DNA of 33,202 nucleotides from Rotaria socialis (Eukaryota): NCBI GenBank assembly GCA_905331295.1, contig CAJNYD010000303.1, positions 124,001 to 157,202 of the forward strand, read 5' to 3'. Shown piece by piece: positions 1 to 11,568 of this stretch (position 1 is its first letter; each line of letters starts with the position of its first letter). The notes under the pieces were generated by a model. It saw only the letters and a program-made list of their open reading frames with translations, ran no database searches and was not told where the DNA came from. The position numbers and the translations under genes were made by a program.

Positions 1-1851
1 TACTCTTTGTTACTTGCTATAAATGCAATAACGCAGTAAAATAATGTATGATTCATCAAAATTTTTCAGACTTATCTAAAACTAATGGCCTGCATAATAT
101 AATACACAGCCAAAACGTTTTGTTTATACAATTCACTTTTCTTATTTTGGTTTAGTTTTTGTCACGCATTATTTGTACTTTACGGAGAAAAAGAAATCAT
201 TCTACATTGCTGCAATTTGGAATATTTTGAAGAGAAAAAAATTTTCACAATTTTCTAGGAAGCCGTTTTGAAGCATACTGAACTCTCAATTCTCTACGAG
301 TATTTTACAAGAAGTCTCAAAAATGACTAATTACTTTCATCTGAAGGCTCCGGATGTAGCTACACGTTAAAACTTTCTCTGCCAATTGAGGTGGAATTTT
401 ACTGACCATGAAATTTTTCTCTCAAAATATTGAGCTGTAGGACTTTTATGAATCATCCAAGATATACAAAAAGCGATATTTTTGCTGATTTTAACCTTCA
501 TGACTTTTCAGTTTAGGTTGTCTAGCAAGAAATGACTTCCTATAGAGGTCATCTTTGAGAGGTGTGACTGGGCTATTTTACATAATCCCTGATCGATCTG
601 TTTTATATGGGTTAGAAAGACAAGTGTTTGATGATTTTCTAAAATAAACCAATTGTTTGGAAAAATAAGTTTTTGCATTTTTTCGTATTTTATGCACATA
701 GATATTTGAGGTGCGGATGTAGAGACTACAACGATGGGTTTTGATCCAGATTATCGGATCTGATCGGGTGCCTTAATATTTTTCTATTTTACACATTCCA
801 CACTTGTGAGCAATATCCGAATTCAAAATGTGGATTCTGAGGGTGTGTGAATGCAGTTGTTCTCTTTACTGACCTACAACCTCTCGTTAGGATATGAAAG
901 TGATAAATGAGATATGGAGAATACTAAGGATAATAAGATCAGCTTTTCACATATTGTCGACAAAAGTTTCAACACAACCTTAGCACAATACATCTAGAAA
1001 GCTCTGAGGATAGTACAAAGAAGAATGAAAAATATCCTTTTATAAACATTATAATAATTTATCATTAATGTCGCATACTAGTTATCATCTATATAATTAA
1101 CAGCAACGAACCTCGTTCTTCTTTTCAAACTTTTTATATTTGACTGCGATTGCCATTCATATAACTTATTGAAGAGCGACAGTCTTTGAACGCTGTGTTT
1201 TTTTCCCATTGAAGACATTCCGATGGTTTTAGTTAGGACGCAAATTTCAGTATACAGAATAGTATCTAAATTGACTTTAAAAATATAAAAATTTCATTTC
1301 ACATTTGAATGTTAACAATCTCTAAATTTTACTTCGAAGTGGCTTCTGCAGATTCTGACTGGTTAGCAGTGGCATAATTGAGAAACCTTAATTCATCAAG
1401 CTGAAACTCATCGAACTGATTACTACCAATCTCGTGTATATTTGTTGAGAGTTTGATAGAAGTATAGCTTTGTTTTATAAGTAGGACAGAAAATTCCTAA
1501 AATGTTTTTCGTGTTTTTTCTCTGGAATTGAAATTTCTCTCTATTAATGAATCTTGATGATTTAGTACCTCTCATAAAAAGTTATTTTTATTGAAAATAA
1601 ATTCTGTACTTTATTCGTATAATCATTTTGCTCGAAAGAAAACACTAAATAGTAGATGCTGGTTCCATTTGATGAAGCAAAATGCTCTTAGTTACAAGAT
1701 CGATCTGGCTCAAAGGTATAAAACGAGTCTTTTTAACAAATTTATAAACAAGGAAGATAACTAAAAACACAGGTATTGTGATATAAGCTGCTCAGAAATT
1801 ACTAAAATTAAATGGATGTGTTGTGAATGTTGAATAGTCTTGTCCTAAAAC

Positions 1852-2358
1852 GGGTCTACGAAAATTGGTCGAATGAAAATTGGTCGAACGAAAATTAGTC
1901 GCCGATAATTGGTCGATACGAAAATTGGTCGAAAATTTTGTAATAGAAGAACAAAAGCTTTTTCTTTAAAAAGCAGCCAGAACTTTGTAGTGTAAAGCTG
2001 AAACTAGCACTAATTGCAATATCATGTTAATATTAGAGGAAAATAGTGATTCGGACAGATAAATTAGGCATGCATAATAAAGGAAAAGTAGTTTAGAACT
2101 TTAGAAGAAGACCTTATAATTATTTTAGTAACGTTACCTGTTTTGACAACACGGTGACCACCTCAGCCGCACCTACACCCTCATCCTCACCCTCACCCAC
2201 ACCATCACCCTCAAGATACACTTCGGACTTAGAGTTTCCCTTTAAGAAAAAGCTTTTGTTTTTCTATTACAAAATTTTCGACCAATTTTCGTATCGACCA
2301 ATTATCGGCGATCAATTTTCGTTCGACCAATTTTCGTTCGACCAATTTTCGCTCTCCC
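1852..2358. mobile_element. MULE-type foldback MITE
   Basis: Long (~115 bp) terminal inverted repeats built from a GAAAATTGGTCG motif, with GGG...CCC termini. Perfect 9-bp TSD TCCTAAAAC at 1843-1851 and 2359-2367. Confidence 0.9.
2161..2214 (-). repeat. Degenerate hexamer array, consensus (TGAGGG)n on minus strand
   Basis: Nine units: cctcag ccgcac ctacac cctcat cctcac cctcac ccacac catcac cctcaa. Confidence 0.6.
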
Positions 2359-2581
2359 TCCTAAAACAAATATAATTATAAATAAAGAGATGCTAGCATT
2401 GGTCCCACTGGAAAAAATAATGCTTTATAAACAAGATTATTTAATGAATAGCCTTGTAAAATAAATGTCGGATGAAATCTCCAATGAGTTAATGATATTC
2501 CAAACCAAGTTATAAAACCCATCACTCCAGTTCTACTAACCAACCATTGATAAATTATCTTATTGCCAATAAATGATAAGT

Positions 2582-2637
2582 CAAATAGGATGTGGGCGTG
2601 AGTGGATATGGTGTACGTTTACGTGCCAACAGATCAA
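2582..2637. repeat. 56-bp segment duplicated in inverted orientation at 4940-4995
   Basis: caaataggatgtgggcgtgagtggatatggtgtacgtttacgtgccaacagatcaa is the exact reverse complement of 4940-4995. Confidence 0.95.
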
Positions 2638-3133
2638 AAATCTACAGTTACAACCAGATTCACACCGGTATATATACCCAAGATTATAGTATGTAGTATT
2701 TGGTTCAGAATTTACTTTTGTATCTAATTTATTAGCATCTCCAATGCCACTTGATGAGATTATTATAAAAATATCGAAGTATCGACTATTTTAACATCTA
2801 TAACACGTCCACATCCTGAATCAGCAGGAAATCGAACAACATGATACCACCGAATATTTTGATATTGCATGGTTGAATAAGAAATCACGGCTTGTTCTAG
2901 TTCAAGACCCACATCATTCCAAACAAACCCTGGCTTTGAAAGAATACAGTATACAACTTTTCGAAGATGCCTTTGAATGTAATCATAATCTTTACAATTT
3001 GCCAACATGATACAAAGCAATACTCGTAGTTGCATGTGAAAATTTAGAAGATACTGTTAGAACTACCCATTGTCTCTGTCCTGTTAAACCAATGTTAATT
3101 TATCATTAATTTAGGTCAAATCTATAATTTTAG

Positions 3134-4110
3134 ATGAAGTATCCAATAGAATTCTTTTATTTGAAGCTCGTTTTCTGCGTAGTACCACAGCATTCTTCTC
3201 CATTTTCCTGCTTACTCAATTGCTTCTTGATATTCTCCTTCGAATGCAGTCAAAACTTAACGATAAAGATGAATTGATCGCTCGATGTACCGAGGAGTTT
3301 GCTAATGATTTGACAGAATTGAAAAAATTGGAAAATTTTCATCTAGACTACAAACCAGAGAAATTCTTTGAATGGTATACAAAAGATGTGTTTGTCTATC
3401 GTTTGCTGAATAAAGCTCTTCCGATTCATTCAAAAAGATATGAAAAATCAGCTCATGCTCTATCAAAAACAGGCACCCATTCATGTTTAATTATTGTGGC
3501 CAACGACTTTCAAAAGATGAATAGAAAAATTTGTCCGACGTAAAAGATCATTACATTTCAATAAGTTCCTTTCTTTCGGCTAGTCTTTAACGAAGCGTTG
3601 CTAACATTCATCTCGATGGATATAATTCTGATGATGAAATGAGAGTATTACTCGAAATTACTACTGATCCAAAACTTACAGACGGTGTACAACCCTTGTC
3701 TAATATAACAAGATTTAGTCAATATCCAGAAGAGGAAGAAGTGCTTTTTATGGCTGACATTATTTTCTCGTTTACAGATGTGATCATTGGAGACTCATTT
3801 TCAGCAGTCAAGCTAGAACTACGCAGCGAAGAAGATAACGATTTAAAATCACTTTTTGAGACATTACTCAATGAATATCGTTCTATTCAAATTGTAGTGA
3901 TATGACACGGAAAATCGATTCTTTTTCGTTGAATCTATCATGGATCATCTCAAAATGATCCCAATCGTCGCCCACGTTCTTGTTTGAATATTAGCAACAT
4001 GGCTTTACACACAGGACGATATAACGGAAGTGCTGAATGCTATGATCTAGCATTGAAACTATCCAAAAGTCGAGAATTCATCGAGCATCCACTTGATTTA
4101 TATGTGTTCG
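3134..4110 (+). pseudogene. ARTC-type (R-S-E) ADP-ribosyltransferase with TPR-like tail, pseudogene
   Basis: Motifs in the expected order: WYTKDVFVYRLLNKAL, YCGQ (YRGQ position), ISSFLSAS (STS motif), VLLEI, SQYPEEEEVLF (ExE). Frameshift after LNKAL and in-frame stops at 3522-3524 and 3588-3590. Downstream TPR-like fragment GRYNGSAECYDLALKL. Boundaries approximate. Confidence 0.85.
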
Positions 4111-4787
4111 ATGTAACCGATGTATGTGGACCTATCGTTATTTTCGATGGATCAAAGATACGCGGCTCAACTGTGTTATATGTCATGATTTCATAAATTT
4201 TATTTTAAATATTTAACGATATTTTTATGACTTTAAAAGTAGTTACATCTTTCCACAATGGAAATATATTGGCTATTATATGTATTCTAGCAATGATGAA
4301 AGCAAAGTGTGTGTATGGTCGGAGCCTGCACTAACACACCAAGACACAATGTTGAATTTCGATTTTATCAGAATGTTATCACGTAGCTGGTATTAGTACT
4401 ATTGATTCAGATAAGAGGGTGTGGGTGTAATAATGGCTATCATGTATGTGGCACGGTGACTCTTTTGATACCTACATATATAATAGAAAGAAAACATGAA
4501 AAATTGAGAAGTATTCGTTTACTGTCTCTGATTCTTTGTTCATGAATCTGAAATTCCTTCTGTCAGAATCACTCAACCTAATTAGAAACAGTGACAGAAA
4601 CTTGTACACAAACAGATTAGAACAACTCTTATGAAAGTTTATCTAAAACTACATATATGGCTTCCGCCATTTTTATCGCCTACAATTTGATATTGAATTT
4701 ACGCGATAATAATTGTCTAAGTAGTAATCGCAACGTATCGTATGGAGTTTGAAATATTTTACGCTAAATACGCCCTATAAGAACAAC

Positions 4788-5240
4788 TAGGGATGCACGA
4801 ATTCCAAGTCCAACCAATTCAATTCCAATTCTTGGCTTGGAATTGGTCGGCATTGATTGGAATTGGAATTGGAATTGGTCGGAATTGGTTGGAATTGGTT
4901 GGAATTGGAATCGGAATTGGTCTGGAATTGGAATCGGAATTGATCTGTTGGCACGTAAACGTACACCATATCCACTCACGCCCACATCCTATTTGNTTTA
5001 AGGGCTCATACGTCCCACTTTCTTTATTTTATTTTTGGCAAATTAAAGCACTTGCTAGTCAAGACTAATCAATTGTACCATCAATTTCAGTTAATTCTAC
5101 ACTCATTTAGAGCCAATTCTATACCGGTTTCAGACCAATTCTAAACCAATTCCAGAGTAATTCCAATTCCAACCAATTCCAACCAATTCCGACCAATTCT
5201 AAGAATTGATTAGACTCGAATTGGAATTGGTGCATCCCTA
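4788..5240. mobile_element. Non-autonomous hAT element (MITE) with (GGAATT)n subterminal repeats
   Basis: TIR TAGGGATGCAC...GTGCATCCCTA. 8-bp TSD agaacaac (4780-4787) / aaaacaac (5241-5248), 7/8 match. Contains the N gap at 4996. Confidence 0.85.
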
Positions 5241-8200
5241 AAAACAACTGAAAACCTGCAAGAGGACTTTGCAAAAAATTAAGAACTATCTCGAGTATAG
5301 TTTGTCAAATATGTACGATAGAAGAAACATTTTTAGAATTCATGCCTAATCAATATAGATGGAATGAGATTAGAGAATGTTTCAAAAAAATCCCCCAAGA
5401 GACTGACTCATTACTGATTATTAAAGCTTGCTTTAGCACTAAAAACTTTAGTATGTGTCTAACTGAAAATTGGGCTGCAAATACATATTGTTCACTAAAA
5501 CTTTATCGCAAGCTCCTACACTGTTCGATTTTGCGCCAAACAAAATAATATGTAGAAGCAATGGCCACTTAAAGATAAGAAATCTGTAGTCAATGACAAG
5601 AAATGTGCTTCAATACTAGCAACAGCACTTGATATTGAAAGAATATCTGATTATGAAGATGAAAGGAAATTTTACATTTTATGTTATGCATCATTTATAA
5701 TAACATTATAGTTCAACAAATGGAAAATGGTCGAAGAAGTAAATGTGAATCTCGGGTAAATCAATCTAACACATGCCGCTCTGTATTGTGCAAAACGTGG
5801 TGTGATTGTAGCTGGGCTTTTTCTTCTCACAGATATTGATACCAACAAACACACCTACCTCGTAGAAAGTGGCATGCTATCGGCTTCTATTTCTGATAAA
5901 ACGTATCTTGATTAAATATTTTCAAAAACTATTACTCCTGTTTGCTATGTATATGATGGCAAGAAAAATGAATAATATCAGTTGGAAGAGATAGTTTCAT
6001 TAGATTTGCGTAGAACACGATGTTCTCATGAACAACTTCAACCAGATAGAATTAAATTTCAATAAATACATTGCGGTCGAAGTGCCTTCATTTACTACTT
6101 ACATCGTGACTATAATGATTCTTGAAATAATTATGGTAGCTATCATTTTTTTATATTGAAAACAAATTATGATACAATAAAAAGAAAATTGTATTTGAAG
6201 AAATTGTTTATTTTGTCCATATAAATGTTAAACAGCTTCTAATAATACTGTAACATTTCTAAAGTGGCAGAAGTTTCTGTCGTAAGATACTATAGTTCAT
6301 TTTAATATGCACAACCAGGAAAGGAATATAAACATCCTACGATGTTCATCAACAATAATAGCAGACCCATGTTTTATTTCAAAATTGTATGAATGTTAGT
6401 CTATCTGCAAATAATATGAAATAATACGCTTAGTTCGAACTTTATTGCTTGTTTTTCTATTCTTTCGCTTCTAAATTATTTCTATTTCCAATATCTCACA
6501 TTGAAATTGCCAGTATGAAAATATTGAAAATAGTTATGGACCTTGCTCGTCGCTTCAATCATTCTCTAAAACGATCTATTCTTTCTGCAAGGCTTTAGGC
6601 TTCATCATTATCAAAAAACATAGAGCAGAATTCTAATACAACTTTTCTTTTGCTCTGATTTTGTTATGCATTCGTCCAATGCCACAAAGAGGCGAATGCA
6701 AATATTTACGTCTTTCATGTTTTTTGTGTGCTTATTCATCACTGGTGAATACGAGCTCGAGAGTACACTATACTTTGGCCTTGATGAATGAAAGTGAATA
6801 TCGTCTAATCGATCTTCGTATTTATATAGTCAATAAATCGTCAGTTATTGGGTCTCTTGTCGATGCTTTTCTCAATGCAAATATCACAACCAGGTGAATG
6901 TGCATATTTACATGCTTCGTTTTTTGTTGGTCTTTTTATGGTCGTAGAGCATCATTCTAAGAGGCGGTTACTCTGTTATCAATGCAGACAAAATACTAGA
7001 GTACGACCGATCTTTATATTTTTCATTAAGTCAATTATAGCATTAATCACTATCGTTTTAATTCACACGTTCCTCCCCACACCCAAAAAAAACAGCCAAT
7101 ACAAAGATTGATAATAAAACCGCAAAACCAACTAGGTTGCGGTAAAAATTGCTCAAGAATTTTCTTGCAGAGATTATAGGAGCATATCTGAGAATTCTGC
7201 ATATCATTCGAGGTTTTTTCGAAAACACTTTCGTTGAGAATCGTATTCATTACATAGTGAAGCCCTTGGGTGCCAATTCAAGAGCGTTTTCGTCGCATTA
7301 CGACTGAAATTGTTGGCATTTTTTAAAGAAAAAAATCAGTACTGAAGTCCTACAGAATGCAACAGAAATCACTGGTAAGGCGCAGAAAAATTGCATTCTA
7401 CGTTTTGCCGATATTTTCTTCCAAGGCTTATATAACAAGAGCAAAGGTATACAACACATGCTAACTAGGACTATTTTCAATACTGTTAATGGAAATAGAA
7501 ACTAGGCTGTTGATTTCTCATTAGCTATTCTCACTAATACTATACTGACAAAATCCTTATGATTGACAAATTTTTGAAATTGGGGGCGTGGATGTAACGT
7601 AACAGTGTAACCAGAAATTTAAGGTTGATGGGGCTTAGACTGAAAAATATTCCTTGTCCCTGCAGTCTATCGGGTTAGGATCGAGTTCCGAATTCAGATA
7701 TCTTGAGTTTAACTGACTGTAACAGTGAAGGTGGCTTTGAAAATATGTTAATACGCTCATCGTCCAGGATGAAATCGAAGAAGTGTTCTTCATCATCGAA
7801 TTGACTCTCTGATGCTGATTAGAATATTTTACTAACGGTATAAACGTACGGTTCAACACTATCTGAATCGAAATATTTTTTATACTAGACCTGGATCTAG
7901 AAATCTTGAACCCGGCCGTGTCCTATCTATTACTTTCAGGTGTTGAACAATTTTTCTGTAAAAATTCATATCAATAAACTTGCAACCATAGCATCAGAAT
8001 CAATTAAAAAAGCTATGTTTATACACTGAGTTTTGATGAGCGATCAGTTCACTTAGACATATGAACAAAATATTATCTACACCAAAAACGAATAATTGTT
8101 TATATCAACATAATCCAATTATATTATGAATATCTGAGAATTTATATTAATATCACGTTCGAAAGAAAGCAAAAAAAATCACTTCGTCGATCAGGAATCG

Positions 8201-10032
8201 TTGTACTTGTCACTGTTGTTTCGAAAGAGGGATGGAACTATACTATTTTCAATCTAAAATTAGGCAGACATTGTCAATACCTAAAGATTCATAAGTGTCC
8301 TAATCGAATTCCATATATTTTTATTGAAAGGCTAAGTTACTTCAAAATAAACGTGATAGGGCTCTAAACCTTATCTTGTTCTCCTCCTGATTGCATCACA
8401 AGCGTAAATATGTTCATTCAGCTCGTGTTTGTTCTCTTTGATTTGTTCTTGAAAATAATTTTGGCATCTTTTATCAATAATCTCCGTCGACTATTTCTTG
8501 AAATCTTATTAGATGTCATTGAATAATCAGAAACAAATACAGTTGAATCTATATGTAATCCTGTATCTGAAGAATAATATTTCATTTTTAATAAAGATTA
8601 TTTAGTCAGGAGTAATGTTTTATCTTCCTGCTTATATTGAAGATTGATTTGATTTGTTATTGTTTTTGTAGCGAGTACTGATTTAGTTGAATAGGTTGAT
8701 TTTTATTTAATTCTTTTCCATCGCTTGTTGTTGTCTATATTTATTAACATATGCATGGTCAATGGAGCCAAGCGGCAGTTATGTGATTTGAATCTGAAAA
8801 GGAAACTGAGTATAAAGATTAAATGACAAATAAATAATCATATATTTCTTAATATTCTCTATAGTTATTTAAAAACAAAATATTCTAGTATTTTGATAAT
8901 GCTCATTCGATTTTCATTCTGCAATTTTGTTTGATAGTAGATTATTTAGTAATGATAAATATGAAAATTTACGTGCAAATTCACACACCATCTATGGATA
9001 ATTTCGATGACCCACAACTGGCTTGATATTTCCACTTATTTATATTCTTGAAGAAGCTATCGTGAATCTCATGTATTTGTCATTTCAAAGCTTTTTATTT
9101 CATTGTTCGTGTATTTGTTTGTTCCTGTTTTCGAAAACTATGATCATTAGCCATGTTATCGACTGTAGCTGCATTTTTGGCCACTAGTATTTGTTTCATA
9201 GTAAGTTGTGCAAGTCAGTTTTTGTGTAACATAAAGAAACTCATTTTTTCTATCGATAAATTGGTTAAATTGATGAAGATAAACAGATATATTTTATAAC
9301 GAATTTTTGAAATTGTACATTACTATATGTGCTGATGCATAAAAGTTCATTTCACACACTAAATCATATAAAAAAAAAAGATTTATCCATTCAATGAGTA
9401 GTGCGACGTTCAATATTTTAGTGTGTTGGCATGTGCCTGTGAGAGTTCCTTGCCAAACTAAAAGTAATCAGCTGAATATTTAAAAATGAACTGTGTATAG
9501 AAAAAACGAGGTTCACCTTCTGTAAATGAGGATGAAATTTACTCCTACACACTCAGGAAATTGAGGAGTTATATAGAGTTAAATGAGGATATGAGAGTGT
9601 GGAAGTTTTATCTTCACTCATACCAACATTCTCACACCCACCATCCACAGTCACATGAAAATCATCAAATGACGTGCCAAAAAACAAAAAGAAAAAGATT
9701 ATATTGTTAAAATATTCACAGCGCATATTATAAAGTATAATATTATTCCAACGTACGGTATGTTAATTACAATGCAAACAGTTCACTTAAAAATAATATC
9801 AACATATTATGCAAGAAACTTTGATTCAGCTAATAGTAGTATCAGTTGCGTTTGATAAAAGCTAAATTTTATTTCTATTTTTATGTCTTTTATTATCTAG
9901 CTAATATGTCCCCTTGTAAAAACTACACAGAAGCAATGTCGTTAAATAGAAAAAAGAAAAAAGTTTAGGTCAATAAATTTTTAAATATATTGGTGGCATG
10001 TTGTTTGATTCAATTGTGCATTACGCTTCGTA

Positions 10033-11568
10033 TTAGTAGCGGTAAGCTGCATCACCGACACGATATCCACCTTGGATTTCAGTAATATTGCCACTTGAAG
10101 TATGATGACCAGCCAAGTGCGATCCTGACGACGATGAATAAGTTCTACTACCAAGAGCAATAGTTTCTCCGCCAGTAACTCGATGATTTCCTTCATAAGT
10201 AGTTCCAACTGACGATGAAAAATCTTGATTGGTTATTTCATTGGAATGGTCAAAATCAACAGTATTTCCACGTCTATGTGAAATTATTGAAGATGATGAT
10301 AATGGAGTTGACTACAATAAAAAAGTTATAGTGTTTTTTTGAAGTTCTGTTTTTGAATAAAATTTACTATATCTTCAACAACGCCTGCATTACGAGCCTC
10401 GTGAACAAGTGTTGCTGAGTCTAACAGTGAATTTCCATAACGAGCTACATAAGCTTCAGGATTTTCTTGAGTAACACCAAGTTTTTCTAATTTTCGAACT
10501 ATACGTATTTGAACATTATCATAAGTAACAATAGTATAAGATGGTTTTGGATATTCTGTAGGAGCAGGAGCGTGTTGAACAATTGTTCGGCGTTCAGATT
10601 GAGGTCCGTAGGGAAGCCAGCGTTCAATGATAATATCGCCTAAAAAGTCAAAAACAACAACAGTCTAAGTTGACAAAAAGAATAATGGAGATTATTCGTT
10701 TTTACGTGGTTTTGCCGGAGGAGCTGGATAACGTTCGATGACAACGGATCTTGGTGGAGTAGGTAAAGCAGGTAGATAACGAATCTCTATAAAATAAAAT
10801 ACATTGACGAAGTACATATATGTAATCTAAATTTCTTTTCTTTTACTGGTTTCACTAGCACAACGTGGGGGTGGTATTGGTGGCCGCTCGCGTAAGATAA
10901 GTGGAGCTGCTTGAGTAACATGTGTTGACTGTTCATGTATAACCAGTGGTGGAGGTGGTGGTGGCTGTTCTTGACGCACCTCTTTAATAATAAGTGGCTA
11001 AAATCATACAAAGATTAGAAAAAATTCAATTTTTTGCAAACAATTATTTTATTACTTCTGGCGGTGGAAGAGGTGGTGGTTGAAGATATCGAACAAGAAC
11101 TCGTTGTTCATATGTTACTGGGCGATCAGTTGCTGCTCGTCGAATAATTTTTGGATTAAGATCCTTGTAAATATGATCAACTGATGTAGCTAGATATCGA
11201 TTCGTTTCATCTGCACTACTAGTACGAATCACCTTTTCACTAATGAAATTTCTAGATGTTATTGTAGTGTCATATGAATTCACTTTATCAGTCGTGAATT
11301 CCAAAGTATTTTGACTGCCAACTTTAGATCTATACCGGTCATCCCAACCGGTAGTATTATAATCGCGACTAGTATCACAAGTTGACGATTCATGTGAGAA
11401 GGTAGTTACTTCTTCTGGCTTTGAAGCCCAGTTACGAAGCTCATCTTTATCGATACTAAATATGTATATATGTATTTATGATTTGATTTCAATTCTTAAT
11501 TCATACCGTCCATCCCGATTTGTATCAACTTCATCAAATATTTCTTCAACGGCATCGTTGGTTGTCAT
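10033..11568 (-). CDS. EF-hand plus proline-rich uncharacterised protein (rotifer-type family), 6 exons, ~414 aa
   Basis: Exons 11568-11507, 11455-11056, 10997-10847, 10786-10706, 10639-10368 and 10311-10033, joined by GT-AG introns of 51, 58, 60, 66 and 56 nt, give an open 1245-nt frame. EF-hand loop DTNRDGRIDKDE. Motifs VRYLQPPPLPPPEPLIIKEVR, RSVVIERYP, DIIIERWLPY, YVARYGNSL. Confidence 0.9.

Noticed and set aside
229..700. Sequence resembling the interior of a non-autonomous DNA transposon (also 13678-13970 and 20700-21130)
   Set aside because: No paired TIRs or TSDs found.
1858..1935. Regularly repeated GAAAATTGGTCG units (and GTCGACAGTAAAAAT at 21299-21345) as possible CRISPR arrays
   Set aside because: No unique spacers and no cas genes. 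The units are mirrored at the other end as MITE TIRs.
4764..5068. Low-complexity ORFs (FQFQ / GIGIG / SNSN)
   Set aside because: Translations of the hAT MITE GGAATT repeats; one also spans an N.
7048..7606. Possible CACT-ended element with degenerate TIRs
   Set aside because: The end similarity is too weak and there is no TSD.
5250..9200. Patches that look like decayed exons (e.g. 5700-5900, 6480-6720, 8370-8795)
   Set aside because: Frequent stops and no motif I can assign with confidence.
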